DNA of 64,000 nucleotides from an uncultured cyanobacterium. GTDB lineage: Bacteria > Cyanobacteriota > Cyanobacteriia > Phormidesmidales > Phormidesmidaceae. Positions 41,209 to 50,500 of this stretch are shown here, one piece after another. Location of the stretch: NCBI GenBank assembly GCA_963793265.1, contig CAWBZI010000001.1, positions 480,001-544,000 on the forward strand, written 5' to 3'. The translations under genes were made by a program, and so were the position numbers. Numbering within the stretch: the first letter of the stretch is position 1; each line of letters begins with the position of its first letter. The notes under the pieces were generated by a model, which saw nothing but the letters and a program-made list of their open reading frames with translations, was not told the origin of the DNA and made no database searches.

Positions 41209-41316
41209 TAGTACAAGCCGAAGGCAATGACGCCTCTTTACAGTTGTTTACCTAATTTTAAGATACTCGGAGCCGATACGAAAGCAATTGCTCTGACAAC
41301 AGACCTTAGGTAGACC

Positions 41317-41805
41317 TTATTTCTGGGATTTAGCGCTTTGTCCATCGCCTGATCTAGCAGCTTGTCTAGGCTCTGGCTTCAGCAGCGCTGAATTATGAGA
41401 AACGGGCGGACGACGAGTGGGCGGACGGCGACGACGACGGGCGGGGCCAACGAGTACACGCATAGCAGCCGTCGCGCCTGCAACTAGGCTACGGGTGGTG
41501 ACTTTGGCTTTTTGGGCCTGCACTTTAGCTTCTATCAGGCTCTGATCTACCTGCTGCACTACGCTACGAGCACTTTGCACGCTGCCGCTGACCTCATCGG
41601 TGAGAACGGAAAGCTCTTTGCCGGTAAGTCGTAAGTCTTGCAGCGTAGCTGGCAGTTCGCGGTTGAGGCTGTCAAGGAGCTTTTCAGCGCTCCTAGCAGC
41701 GCGGCCAAGTTCTTGTAAGGCCAAAATGGCAACGGTAAGGAGGGCCATTAGGCTAATGGCAACTAGCAGTAAAGAAATGCCGAGCCAAAAGAAAGGATTG
41801 TTCAC
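41317..41805 (-). CDS. DUF948-like membrane-anchored protein
   Basis: PFFWLGISLLLVAISL, ELGRAARSAEKLLDSLNRELPATL..LRLTG. Confidence 0.75.
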   Translation of the reverse strand: MNNPFFWLGISLLLVAISLMALLTVAILALQELGRAARSAEKLLDSLNRELPATLQDLRLTGKELSVLTDEVSGSVQSARSVVQQVDQSLIEAKVQAQKAKVTTRSLVAGATAAMRVLVGPARRRRRPPTRRPPVSHNSALLKPEPRQAARSGDGQSAKSQK

Positions 41806-41812
41806 AGGTAGA

Positions 41813-42217
41813 TCACTCGTCTTCGGCTACAGCGGGTGCGCTGCTGGTGCTGTCATTGCCATTGACTGTCGCGCTGGTCGCTACACCAGCCTCCATATTA
41901 GTGGCTGCATGGTTTGCATAGTCCGGCTGCTTGTCCCATTCCCGGCGGCTAGCGACCTGACCAGCGATGACCGCTTCTCGTAGCCTACCAAGGGTTTGAT
42001 CCCAGTTGCTTAAAGCCGTACCTGAGAGACGATCGGCTTGAAACTGAATGCTGGTTGCCAGATCTTCAGCCAGTTCAGGCAGCGCGTCGGCAGACTTTTT
42101 AAGGATGCGACGAGTGTCTTTGCCAGGGCGGGGAGCGGCGAGAATGCCTGCGACAGCGCCTAGCGTGGCCCCAATGATTATGCCACCTAAGAGCCCATCC
42201 GATTTTTGGTCTGCCAT
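41813..42217 (-). CDS. YtxH domain (general stress / gas-vesicle-like) protein
   Basis: GIIIGATLGAVAGILAAPRPGKDTRR motif. Confidence 0.85.
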   Translation of the reverse strand: MADQKSDGLLGGIIIGATLGAVAGILAAPRPGKDTRRILKKSADALPELAEDLATSIQFQADRLSGTALSNWDQTLGRLREAVIAGQVASRREWDKQPDYANHAATNMEAGVATSATVNGNDSTSSAPAVAEDE

Positions 42218-42275
42218 TGCTGATGTCCTCTCGCTATTTTCTTTGGGTTCACTTACCTCTAATGAATTCTAAGGT

Positions 42276-42575
42276 CTATCTGCGTGAATTACGCAAAACC
42301 ACGACTGTGCGGAGGAGCTGAATGAGCCGTAGGGTCTGCTGAACTTGGCGCGACCTATGCTGCCACTGCCCTAGTTGTAATCTCGCCGCTACTAGCTGAA
42401 ATCGGCGGCGGGTTAGCTCATAGCTTGCTTGCTTTGGTGCCAGGCTCATCTCTATTTCGTGACTTTGTAGCTGCTGATTAAGCCGCGCTAGCCCGCAGCG
42501 CCACTGCCACAGTCCGTAGGCGAGCCAAATTATCAGTACCGCTAGCAGCAGGTTTAAGCAAATTGCGATCGCCAT
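42276..42575 (-). CDS. Hypothetical membrane protein
   Basis: 99-aa ORF with an N-terminal TM helix, co-oriented with the flanking genes. Confidence 0.6.
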   Translation of the reverse strand: MAIAICLNLLLAVLIIWLAYGLWQWRCGLARLNQQLQSHEIEMSLAPKQASYELTRRRFQLVAARLQLGQWQHRSRQVQQTLRLIQLLRTVVVLRNSRR

Positions 42576-42599
42576 AATACTTTTGCGGGCCTAAGTTGC

Positions 42600-44267
42600 C
42601 TACTCCGGTAAATAGCTCATAATCAGCGGCGCGAGCCCTATCTCCTCAGGGCGCTTAGCCGTCATTTCAAAAAAGGCCACAATTTCTTTAATTGTCGGCC
42701 TGCCGCGCTTTGCACCACTCGCTCCGGTGGCGATAATGCAGCCACAGCAGCCGTTGTTTTTATCACTATCCTCCGCCCATTTCGACAGACTGTGGGTATC
42801 GGTAGGGTTGTCTATTTCGTACTCATTAAAGAGATGCAGGTGACCTTTGGCGGTTTGCAAAATGCCGACCTGAAAAATTTGTCCGCTGACCGGATCGTTG
42901 CCTGGATTAAAGCAAATAGAGCGAATGCCGCCTTCTGCCTGAAGCTGCTCGATAAGCTGCTGCGCTTTGGGGCGAGTGGTTTGAATAGTTAGCACTGGCC
43001 AAGTGGCGCGATTGCTCACTGGCGGCTTAACTGGCTGCAAAAAGCCTTGATAGTAAATCTTGGGCGAGGCTCTTAAGGGCGCTAGCTTCTTTTCTTTATG
43101 GTTGCCCAGCATAATCAAGGAGCCTGCTGGCACACTGTCATCAATCAATGGCGCAAGCTCAGGCGGTGCCTCGACGGCACCAATCTCTGCTAAAAAAGCC
43201 TCTGAAACTTCAGGCATCGTTGAAATTTTGACCGTTATTTTGTCGGGAATCTCACCCGCTTCCTCAATGGCCGTAGCGCCTTCTAGGCTAGAGGCTGGGT
43301 TGGGAATGCGAAACCGACTACTGACCGGCTTTAGAGCAAAATCTTCTTCGCTCAGGTCGTGCTTTTTGAAAAAGCGGTGCAGGGCTTCGAGCACCACAAT
43401 CAGGCTGGCGGCTTCTTCGGCGGCTAGCTGCGATCGCAATCCCTCTAGTGGATGCAAACTACCAAACTCATACGTTACCGCCGCCGCAGGCTGTGCGCTT
43501 TTTTTCTCACTGGCCAAAGCGTGTAGCGGAATCACATCTTCAGACGGATTGAAGTTAATAAATAGACAGTTTTGCTCTAGAAAAGCCTGCTGCATTCCAT
43601 CTGAAAAGTCATGACTGTTCAGCAGCTTGCGGCGAAACTGCTGAAGCGAAGCCAAATCCCGATAGAACAACAGGCCGTACTCCATACCCGCAAGCCCCAG
43701 CACAGAAAGATACAGCGTTTCTATCTCCCAACGGCTTAGATCAATCGCTAAAATTTCTTGTTCGCTGAGATTATTCCAGGGCGCATCTTTCCAAAGCAGC
43801 GCTGCTTTTTCTAAAAGGTCTTTTTCAAAGGCTTTGGGTAAATCTCTGGCGGGAGCCTCTGTCGCCTGAAGCTTCTCAAAAACCTCGTCAATAATCGGCA
43901 GATCAGAGACGTGCTCAACAGGGATATCAAGATCCTGTAGGGCTCCTCTTAAAAAGAACTGAATTTCGCGATCGCACACCACCACCTTTCGCGGGCGAGC
44001 GGGCTCTACGCCTCCCTGTGGCGTCTCAATCGCCTGTAGCAAAGTCCTTACAATCGCCTCATTTCCTGTTTCTTTGGGCACCACACTAATGCCACGCACA
44101 ATGCCCTGCAGGCCATCCACCCAGATAATGCAGTCGCCTTGGGCCGCATCGTCTTCGTCTACGGCCTTACCCATCGCGGCTAGCGGGCGGCGATCGCACT
44201 CCCAAACGCTCGTCAGTCGGGGCAGTTGGCTCAGGCGGCGACAGGTAAATGGACTCAGTTGATGCAT
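42600..44267 (-). CDS. Conserved cyanobacterial hypothetical protein (DUF6930-like)
   Basis: 555 aa; VWECDRRP, LWKDAPW, SVLGLAGMEYG and FGSLHPLEG blocks; family assignment from memory. Confidence 0.7.
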   Translation of the reverse strand: MHQLSPFTCRRLSQLPRLTSVWECDRRPLAAMGKAVDEDDAAQGDCIIWVDGLQGIVRGISVVPKETGNEAIVRTLLQAIETPQGGVEPARPRKVVVCDREIQFFLRGALQDLDIPVEHVSDLPIIDEVFEKLQATEAPARDLPKAFEKDLLEKAALLWKDAPWNNLSEQEILAIDLSRWEIETLYLSVLGLAGMEYGLLFYRDLASLQQFRRKLLNSHDFSDGMQQAFLEQNCLFINFNPSEDVIPLHALASEKKSAQPAAAVTYEFGSLHPLEGLRSQLAAEEAASLIVVLEALHRFFKKHDLSEEDFALKPVSSRFRIPNPASSLEGATAIEEAGEIPDKITVKISTMPEVSEAFLAEIGAVEAPPELAPLIDDSVPAGSLIMLGNHKEKKLAPLRASPKIYYQGFLQPVKPPVSNRATWPVLTIQTTRPKAQQLIEQLQAEGGIRSICFNPGNDPVSGQIFQVGILQTAKGHLHLFNEYEIDNPTDTHSLSKWAEDSDKNNGCCGCIIATGASGAKRGRPTIKEIVAFFEMTAKRPEEIGLAPLIMSYLPE

Positions 44268-44507
44268 GGACAGTTAGAAGAGGGCGTGAACGTGAATAAG
44301 GCGACGTATGGCGTAGATAAGGGCCAATTTTTGGAAGGCGAGATGTGAAGATTTTAAAGTCGATGCGCCTGCTGTAGAGCTTAAATCTATCTAGACTTTA
44401 GCTGTCTATACCGAGATCTCGCTATCTAACGAATTGAGCCGCCTATTGAAAAGGCATCAAGCTCCTACGCTAAACTAAGGCTAATCAATTAACCCATCCT
44501 AACTCTT

Positions 44508-44912
44508 ATGACTCAAGCCACTACATCATCTCCCGAAGCGGTTGTGCAAAATGATGCCAATCCAACTGCTGATGCCAATGGCAAAGGCATTTTAATGTCT
44601 GAAGCGGCCCTCACGCATGTTAAGGCGCTTCGCGAAAAGCAGGGCAGCGACCTGTGTTTGCGCGTGGGCGTTCGTCAGGGCGGCTGCTCTGGCATGTCTT
44701 ACATGATGGACTTTGAAGATATTGGCAACGTGGGCGAGCACGATGAAGTATACGATTACGACGGCTTTAAGGTGGTATGCGATCGCAAAAGCCTCCTCTA
44801 TTTATACGGCCTCATGCTCGACTACAGCGACGCTTTAATCGGCGGCGGCTTCCAGTTCACAAATCCCAACGCCAATCAAACCTGCGGCTGCGGTAAGTCT
44901 TTTGGTACTTAA
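44508..44912 (+). CDS. iscA: Iron-sulfur cluster assembly accessory protein (IscA/HesB)
   Basis: GGCSGMSY and [14 protein letters not shown] motifs. Confidence 0.93.
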   Translation: MTQATTSSPEAVVQNDANPTADANGKGILMSEAALTHVKALREKQGSDLCLRVGVRQGGCSGMSYMMDFEDIGNVGEHDEVYDYDGFKVVCDRKSLLYLYGLMLDYSDALIGGGFQFTNPNANQTCGCGKSFGT

Positions 44913-45003
44913 AGCTGGCATATAGATCTATATAGACAGATCGCACACATCTTTCCAGCCCACACACAGCAAACTCATCGTCGAAATTTCCTAACCATTT
45001 AGT

Positions 45004-45423
45004 ATGCAAACACTAGAAAGCAAGTTTGACGCAGGCTTAGCCCGTTACAAAGAGGGTGAATCAGCCGCGTCTTTACTGCCTACGTTCAAAGAAATCTGTG
45101 CAAACGCACCCAAAAACAGCGCTGCGCAAACCTGCCTGGCCTGGCTATATCTACTTGCAGACAAGCCAAATGCGGCTTACAAAGCAGCTCAGCGCGCGGT
45201 CAAGCTTGCACCTACCGATCCGCAAGCTCGTATTAACCTGTCGATTGCGATGCTCGAAACCGGCAAGAGCGGCGTTCGCGAGCAGATGGAAATGGTTGCG
45301 CCCTTCTTAGCCTCTGTTGATGAGCTAAAAGCAGATATTCAGGAGAACTTTGAAGAAGGGTTAAGAAGAAAGCCGGATTGGAAGAGTTTAAAGCGAGTCC
45401 AGAAATGGCTCTTTGAAGACTGA
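45004..45423 (+). CDS. Tetratricopeptide repeat protein
   Basis: TPR-like helices (TCLAWLYLL, AVKLAPTDPQARINL). Confidence 0.8.
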   Translation: MQTLESKFDAGLARYKEGESAASLLPTFKEICANAPKNSAAQTCLAWLYLLADKPNAAYKAAQRAVKLAPTDPQARINLSIAMLETGKSGVREQMEMVAPFLASVDELKADIQENFEEGLRRKPDWKSLKRVQKWLFED

Positions 45424-45519
45424 TTCCTAGACGGGGAAAGGTGTTGGCAAGAAAATAGTGGGAGACATCACACTTATCTACTTCGCCTAACTTCATGAAC
45501 TAATGAAACGAAAATCATA

Positions 45520-45563
45520 AAAGGCGATGGGGATCGCTGATAACACCGATCCCCATCGCCTTT
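45520..45563. terminator. Strong hairpin / intrinsic terminator
   Basis: Perfect 17-bp inverted repeat AAAGGCGATGGGGATCG-N10-CGATCCCCATCGCCTTT. Confidence 0.75.
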
Positions 45564-45836
45564 CTTAATGGCTTCATGAATGGCGAGTTCAGGCGCTTTA
45601 AGTCGTTTAAACGCCCTGTTTGCAACCGTTAACAAAGCCCCGAAGCGTTTGCAACGATAACTTAACGACTGATCCCCAACGCGACTGATAAGATTAGATG
45701 AAGCGGTTGATAAGGATTACTTAAGTGTCACCAAAACTAAGGTCACTTAAATAGCTGTCCTCTATACAACGAAAACTTTGGCTCTATAAATAGAGCCGCA
45801 TCTACCACCACTTATTCACTTCGGGAGTCGCTTATT

Positions 45837-46031
45837 ATGACCTTCAAAACTGTTGCAATCAAGCCTGAAACTCGTAACCACAAGGGGTTTTTCGTTCAGC
45901 AGACAGACTACACCTTTGTCGAAATCGACAAGTCTGGTTGGGCACTCATCTGCGTTGATGACGCGGTTTGCCACTATGTTGATCCTGATAATATCCTTGC
46001 TGGTGAACTAGAAATCCCTGAAGCCATGTAG
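45837..46031 (+). CDS. Small hypothetical protein (64 aa)
   Basis: GGGAG RBS, ATG start, own downstream terminator. Confidence 0.6.
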   Translation: MTFKTVAIKPETRNHKGFFVQQTDYTFVEIDKSGWALICVDDAVCHYVDPDNILAGELEIPEAM

Positions 46032-46082
46032 GCTTTATCCCTTTTAAAAAGAAAGGGTTAGTTAGATGATATATCTTAATGA

Positions 46083-46115
46083 ATGGCTGCTTCCCCGATG
46101 AAGCAGCCATCTTTT
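46083..46115 (+). terminator. Intrinsic terminator
   Basis: ATGGCTGCTTC-N6-GAAGCAGCCAT followed by CTTTT. Confidence 0.7.
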
Positions 46116-46129
46116 ATTTGAGGGCTGTG

Positions 46130-46384
46130 ATGAAAGATCGTTTTATGAATGGGTTAAATACAGTTTTAGTATTCAATCTATTTTTTGTACTGTTTTGCTT
46201 TTTTTGGTTTGCGATCGCCCTTATCGGTCGCTCTACAAACATCAATTTAGGCTTCGACCTCTGGTACAGCCTATGGGAGCCCGTGATTATGCCGTCTATC
46301 GGCATATTGATGGCAGGCGCTTTACTTAGCGGCATCTCTAGCTGGGTGAGCAAAAAGTTCTTACAAGGCCCTTCAAAGACCTGA
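46130..46384 (+). CDS. Small two-TM hypothetical protein
   Basis: LGFDLWYSLWEPVIMPSIGILMAGALLSG; start moved to ATG 46130, downstream of the terminator. Confidence 0.7.
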   Translation: MKDRFMNGLNTVLVFNLFFVLFCFFWFAIALIGRSTNINLGFDLWYSLWEPVIMPSIGILMAGALLSGISSWVSKKFLQGPSKT

Positions 46385-46404
46385 TCAAAAACCTAAAAAA
46401 CTTC

Positions 46405-47733
46405 TTACCAGCTTCCGCGCGTTCGCTCATACCACTTCACCAGCACCCGAGCTAAGCGCTTTGGATCATGACGAACGGTGCCGTCAATTTCGCTCATCAC
46501 GTTAGCAATCACGATCCGTCGGTTTGAGTCGATCACGGCCTTGCGATCAAAAATCACGGGCGTAGAGCCTTCTTTTATATAGCGGTCAATGGCTTCTCCT
46601 GAGGGCATTTTCTTTTGCACCAAAACCGCGTCAAAAAGATACTGTCCGCAGGCGCGGTCAATCGCCTGCACATGCTCAGAAACCGTATAGCCCTGAGTTT
46701 CGCCAGGCTCGGTCATAATATTGCAAATGTATATGCGCGGTACTTTTTGCGCTGCTAGCGCCTCGACTAGCTCAGGAACCAGTAGGTTCGGAATAATGCT
46801 GGTGTACAGGCTACCTGGGCCAACAATGATATAGTCTGCCTCGTTGATGGCTTCTATTGCCTGAGGCAGTGCTGGTGGATCGGCAGGGATACAGCCAATT
46901 TCGTCGATGCTGCCGCGTGCTTTGGTGATGTTAGATTCACCTTCAATGTGACGGCCATCGCTGAGGTTAGCCCACAGGCTGACATCGCTGAGGGTAGAGG
47001 GCAGCACGCGACCGCGAATAGCGAGTACCTGAGAGCTAGCTGCGATCGCCTGCTCCCAGTCCCCCGTAATCTCATTCATTGCCGACAAAAACAAATTGCC
47101 GAAGCTGTGCCCGCTCAGTCCGCTGCCCGCCTCAAAACGATACTGAAACAGCTCAGTCAGCAGCTTTTCTTCATCGGCTAGCGCGGTCAGGCAGTTACGA
47201 ATATCGCCTGGTGGAATGCCGCCCATCTCCCTGCGCAGCCGACCTGAGGAGCCACCATCATCGGCAACCGTCACAATCGCGGTAATGTTGCCGCTGTAGT
47301 GCTTGAGCCCGCGTAGCAGCGTAGAAAGGCCCGTACCGCCGCCAATGACAACGATGCGAGGGCCTTTGCGCAGACGGCGGTGGGTAGCGATCGCATCCCA
47401 CAGATTATCTTCACCATTTGCAGGCAGCAGCACCTCTACAATTGCGCCCAGCGTGCGCGTTTGGCCCCACACAATGAACAATAGCCCGCCTAAAATCGCC
47501 AGTGGGCCGCTGACGTAGCTCGGCAGCAGGCGCGTAATTAAATTGAGCAAGTTGCCAACGAACTTTACCGTATAAAATACGGGCGTTAGCTTGAGCCACA
47601 CCATAATGCCAAGGCCCACCGCAAAAATGCCCACGGTGCTCAAAAACATCCAGCGTTTGACAAACAGCCCTGGTTTGAGCCATCTCATCCAGCGCTTAGG
47701 TCTTGCATATAACTTTTGACGATTGGGGCGCAT
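46405..47733 (-). CDS. yvcK: YvcK/GlmR (CofD-related) family protein with N-terminal TM helices
   Basis: [40 protein letters not shown] and RHDP motifs. Confidence 0.9.
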   Translation of the reverse strand: MRPNRQKLYARPKRWMRWLKPGLFVKRWMFLSTVGIFAVGLGIMVWLKLTPVFYTVKFVGNLLNLITRLLPSYVSGPLAILGGLLFIVWGQTRTLGAIVEVLLPANGEDNLWDAIATHRRLRKGPRIVVIGGGTGLSTLLRGLKHYSGNITAIVTVADDGGSSGRLRREMGGIPPGDIRNCLTALADEEKLLTELFQYRFEAGSGLSGHSFGNLFLSAMNEITGDWEQAIAASSQVLAIRGRVLPSTLSDVSLWANLSDGRHIEGESNITKARGSIDEIGCIPADPPALPQAIEAINEADYIIVGPGSLYTSIIPNLLVPELVEALAAQKVPRIYICNIMTEPGETQGYTVSEHVQAIDRACGQYLFDAVLVQKKMPSGEAIDRYIKEGSTPVIFDRKAVIDSNRRIVIANVMSEIDGTVRHDPKRLARVLVKWYERTRGSW

Positions 47734-48006
47734 AGCGATAGCGAGCAACAAAACAGCCCGAAATGCAGGCTGCGCAAATGGGATCGCGCATTAGGGTTAT
47801 ACAGCAAAAAGGCTAAGGCTAATATAGATTTCGTTTAAGCTGAAAGCTATGAGCGTTTTCTTTAAGTGCTGCTTTAGATGCGGTTCGATGACCGTTTTCT
47901 TCGAGGGGAATGTCGTCAGCTTTCACGGAATTCTCATGCTTTCCGACTAATATTAGGAGAAGTTAATACTTGCCTAATATACGAAGATATTGGGCACAAC
48001 GCTGCT

Positions 48007-48846
48007 ATGGACAATTCCTATCCGCCGCCGCTTGAGCATTCAAATACCAGCGCCGATGTGCCTTGCGGAGATAAGCCGTTAGTTGAGCTAAAGGGCATTT
48101 CTAAGCAGTTTGGTAGCAACGCGGTGCTCAAACAGGTTGACTTTACGCTGAGTGCGGGGGAGGCGATCGCGATCATCGGCCCATCGGGTACCGGTAAATC
48201 CACCATTCTGCGCATTATTGCCGGGCTTTTAGCACCTGATACTGGTGATATTTGGGTAGGCGGACGGCGGCGCGTGGGCCTGATAGAAGACTCGCCTGAT
48301 CCTTTGGGTGTCGGCATGGTCTTTCAGCAGGCGGCGCTGTTTGACTCACTTACGGTCGCTGAGAACGTTGGTTTTTTGCTGTACCAGCACTCTCGCCTGC
48401 GCAACCGTGATATCAAGCGGCTAGTGATTACAGCGCTCGCTAAGGTGGGGCTTCCTGATATTTCCGATCGCTACCCCGCCGAGCTATCGGGTGGTATGCG
48501 CAAACGCGTGAGCTTTGCAAGGGCGGTAATGTCTAACCCCGAAAATCCCGAGGCTCAGCCTAGCCTTTTACTGTACGATGAGCCGACAGCCGGGCTTGAT
48601 CCCATCGCCTCGACCGTGATTGAAGACCTTATTCGCAATATTCACGATGACCGTAGTTGTAGCGCCTACTTGATTGTGACCCACCAAGAAAGTACGATTC
48701 GTCGTACGGCCGATCGCGTTATTTTCTTGCACGACGGTCGGGTGCAGTGGACAGGCGCAGTCAGCGACATTGATTCAACCGACAATCCGTTTGTACGTCA
48801 GTTCTTTAGTGCCAAGACTGAAGGCCCTATTCACGTGACCGGTTAA
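48007..48846 (+). CDS. mlaF: MlaF/TGD3-like ABC ATP-binding protein
   Basis: GPSGTGKST, ELSGGMRKRVSFARA, YDEPTAGLDPIAS; adjacent to mlaD. Confidence 0.85.
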   Translation: MDNSYPPPLEHSNTSADVPCGDKPLVELKGISKQFGSNAVLKQVDFTLSAGEAIAIIGPSGTGKSTILRIIAGLLAPDTGDIWVGGRRRVGLIEDSPDPLGVGMVFQQAALFDSLTVAENVGFLLYQHSRLRNRDIKRLVITALAKVGLPDISDRYPAELSGGMRKRVSFARAVMSNPENPEAQPSLLLYDEPTAGLDPIASTVIEDLIRNIHDDRSCSAYLIVTHQESTIRRTADRVIFLHDGRVQWTGAVSDIDSTDNPFVRQFFSAKTEGPIHVTG

Positions 48847-48948
48847 GACGTGAGCAGGTTAAAACGTGACAGGATAAGAGAAGTCAAAAGTTATAGCAGC
48901 TAAGCCGTCAGCCAAGCAGACAAATTTTATTCAAGCGCTAGGAAATTC

Positions 48949-50325
48949 ATGCGGGCACGAACAATTCGAGAAGGTTCTGTGGGACTGCTGATCTTATTAG
49001 GGATCGGCTTGTTCGGCGGCCTGATACTTTGGCTGCGTGGGTTCAATCCTGCCAATCGCCCCTACCAGATAACGGCTGAGTTTGAAGATACGATGGGCGT
49101 TCAGCTCGGTACACCTGTGCTCTACAGAGGTGTACCGGTCGGGCGCGTAACCTCTATTAATGCACTCTCTAATAGTGTGGAAGTGGGCTTGGAGATCACG
49201 CAGAAAGACCTGCGTATTCCCGATGAAGTGCTGGTTGAAACGGTAGAGTCGGGCTTAATTGGCGAGATTTCTGTAGAGATTACACCTCTAGCGCAGCTAG
49301 CGGCGAGTGCAGTGGATATCAGCCCAACAGGCCCAGACTGTGACAGCGATGTGATTATTTGCGATGGCGATCGCCTAGACGGTACAGCAGGCCCTAGCTA
49401 CGAAACGCTGCTACGTTCAGCAGGCGAAGTAGCCGATCTCTTAGCCGATCCTGAACTTATTGCACAGCTCAAAGACGTACTGACAGCAGCAAGTACTACC
49501 GCCGAGCAAACGGGCCTGCTCGCGACCGAAGCCACTGAGCTAGCCAGACTTGCTCGCAATGAGATTACGCCGCTTTCAGAGGCAGCGATCGCAACGACGA
49601 CTGCGGCTACCAGCGCGGCCCAAAGAGTAGAGAATCTGGCAAACGAGTTCACCTTAACCGCTTCAGACGTAAACGGATTAATCGGTGAAAATCGCGGCGT
49701 GCTGGTTAGTACCTTAGGCAACTTAGAGTCAGCGAGCCTTCAGTTGCGCGGTGCCGTTGATGTGTTAGGCCCCAGGCTACAAAGCGGCGAGCTAGTAAAT
49801 GATCTAGAGCTGGTGCTAACCAATGCCTCAGCGGCTTCTGCTGATTTACAGGCAATCACATCGTCGTTTAATACGCCTGCAAATCTGGTGCTGCTTCAGC
49901 AAACGTTGGAGTCTGCTAGAGATGCTTTGGCGAGCGCCCAAAAAGTAATGGCTGACGTGGATGAGATTACCGGCGATCCAGCCGTTCGTAACCAGTTGCG
50001 CGAGCTAATTAACGGGCTCGGTGGGCTGGTGTCTTCTACACAGTCTTTGGAGCAACAGTCTGAGGTAGCCCGCGTGCTGACGCCGTTAGAAGTGAGTCCA
50101 TCTGCTATTGAGCTGCCTTCCGAACGGCTAACAGTCGAGCGGCTAGCTCGTGAGCAGGCGACCAATGGTATAGACGGTGGCGTAGACAGCGAGACTGAGA
50201 ATAGCGATCGCAGCTCAAATGCTCGTCCAGTACTCGTTTTTGATGGAGAACGATACACTATTCGTCGAACTGACCGTTTAGCTGACTCTCAACTTGAGCC
50301 CATAATTGAACCTGCAAAAAAATAG
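48949..50325 (+). CDS. mlaD: MlaD/MCE family protein (Ycf22/TGD2-like)
   Basis: REGSVGLLIL TM, GTPVLYRGVPVGRV, SGLIGE, long helical tail. Confidence 0.88.
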   Translation: MRARTIREGSVGLLILLGIGLFGGLILWLRGFNPANRPYQITAEFEDTMGVQLGTPVLYRGVPVGRVTSINALSNSVEVGLEITQKDLRIPDEVLVETVESGLIGEISVEITPLAQLAASAVDISPTGPDCDSDVIICDGDRLDGTAGPSYETLLRSAGEVADLLADPELIAQLKDVLTAASTTAEQTGLLATEATELARLARNEITPLSEAAIATTTAATSAAQRVENLANEFTLTASDVNGLIGENRGVLVSTLGNLESASLQLRGAVDVLGPRLQSGELVNDLELVLTNASAASADLQAITSSFNTPANLVLLQQTLESARDALASAQKVMADVDEITGDPAVRNQLRELINGLGGLVSSTQSLEQQSEVARVLTPLEVSPSAIELPSERLTVERLAREQATNGIDGGVDSETENSDRSSNARPVLVFDGERYTIRRTDRLADSQLEPIIEPAKK

Positions 50326-50500
50326 TCTACGAAAGTGCGTAACCCTTGTAAACATTGATACTAAAGACAAAAAAATAGGGCCAATAAATCTGATAAGAGC
50401 CTGACTCAAACCCCATATCTTGGGACACATTTCGGGAACCTTGAGATCGCCAGTATCAATATTTATGTGTTTACCTCATTTTTATGAGGTCGTGCTTAGG

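Noticed and set aside
46079..46129. ORF-track start of the 101-aa ORF
   Set aside because: Runs through a terminator hairpin; ATG 46130 is more plausible
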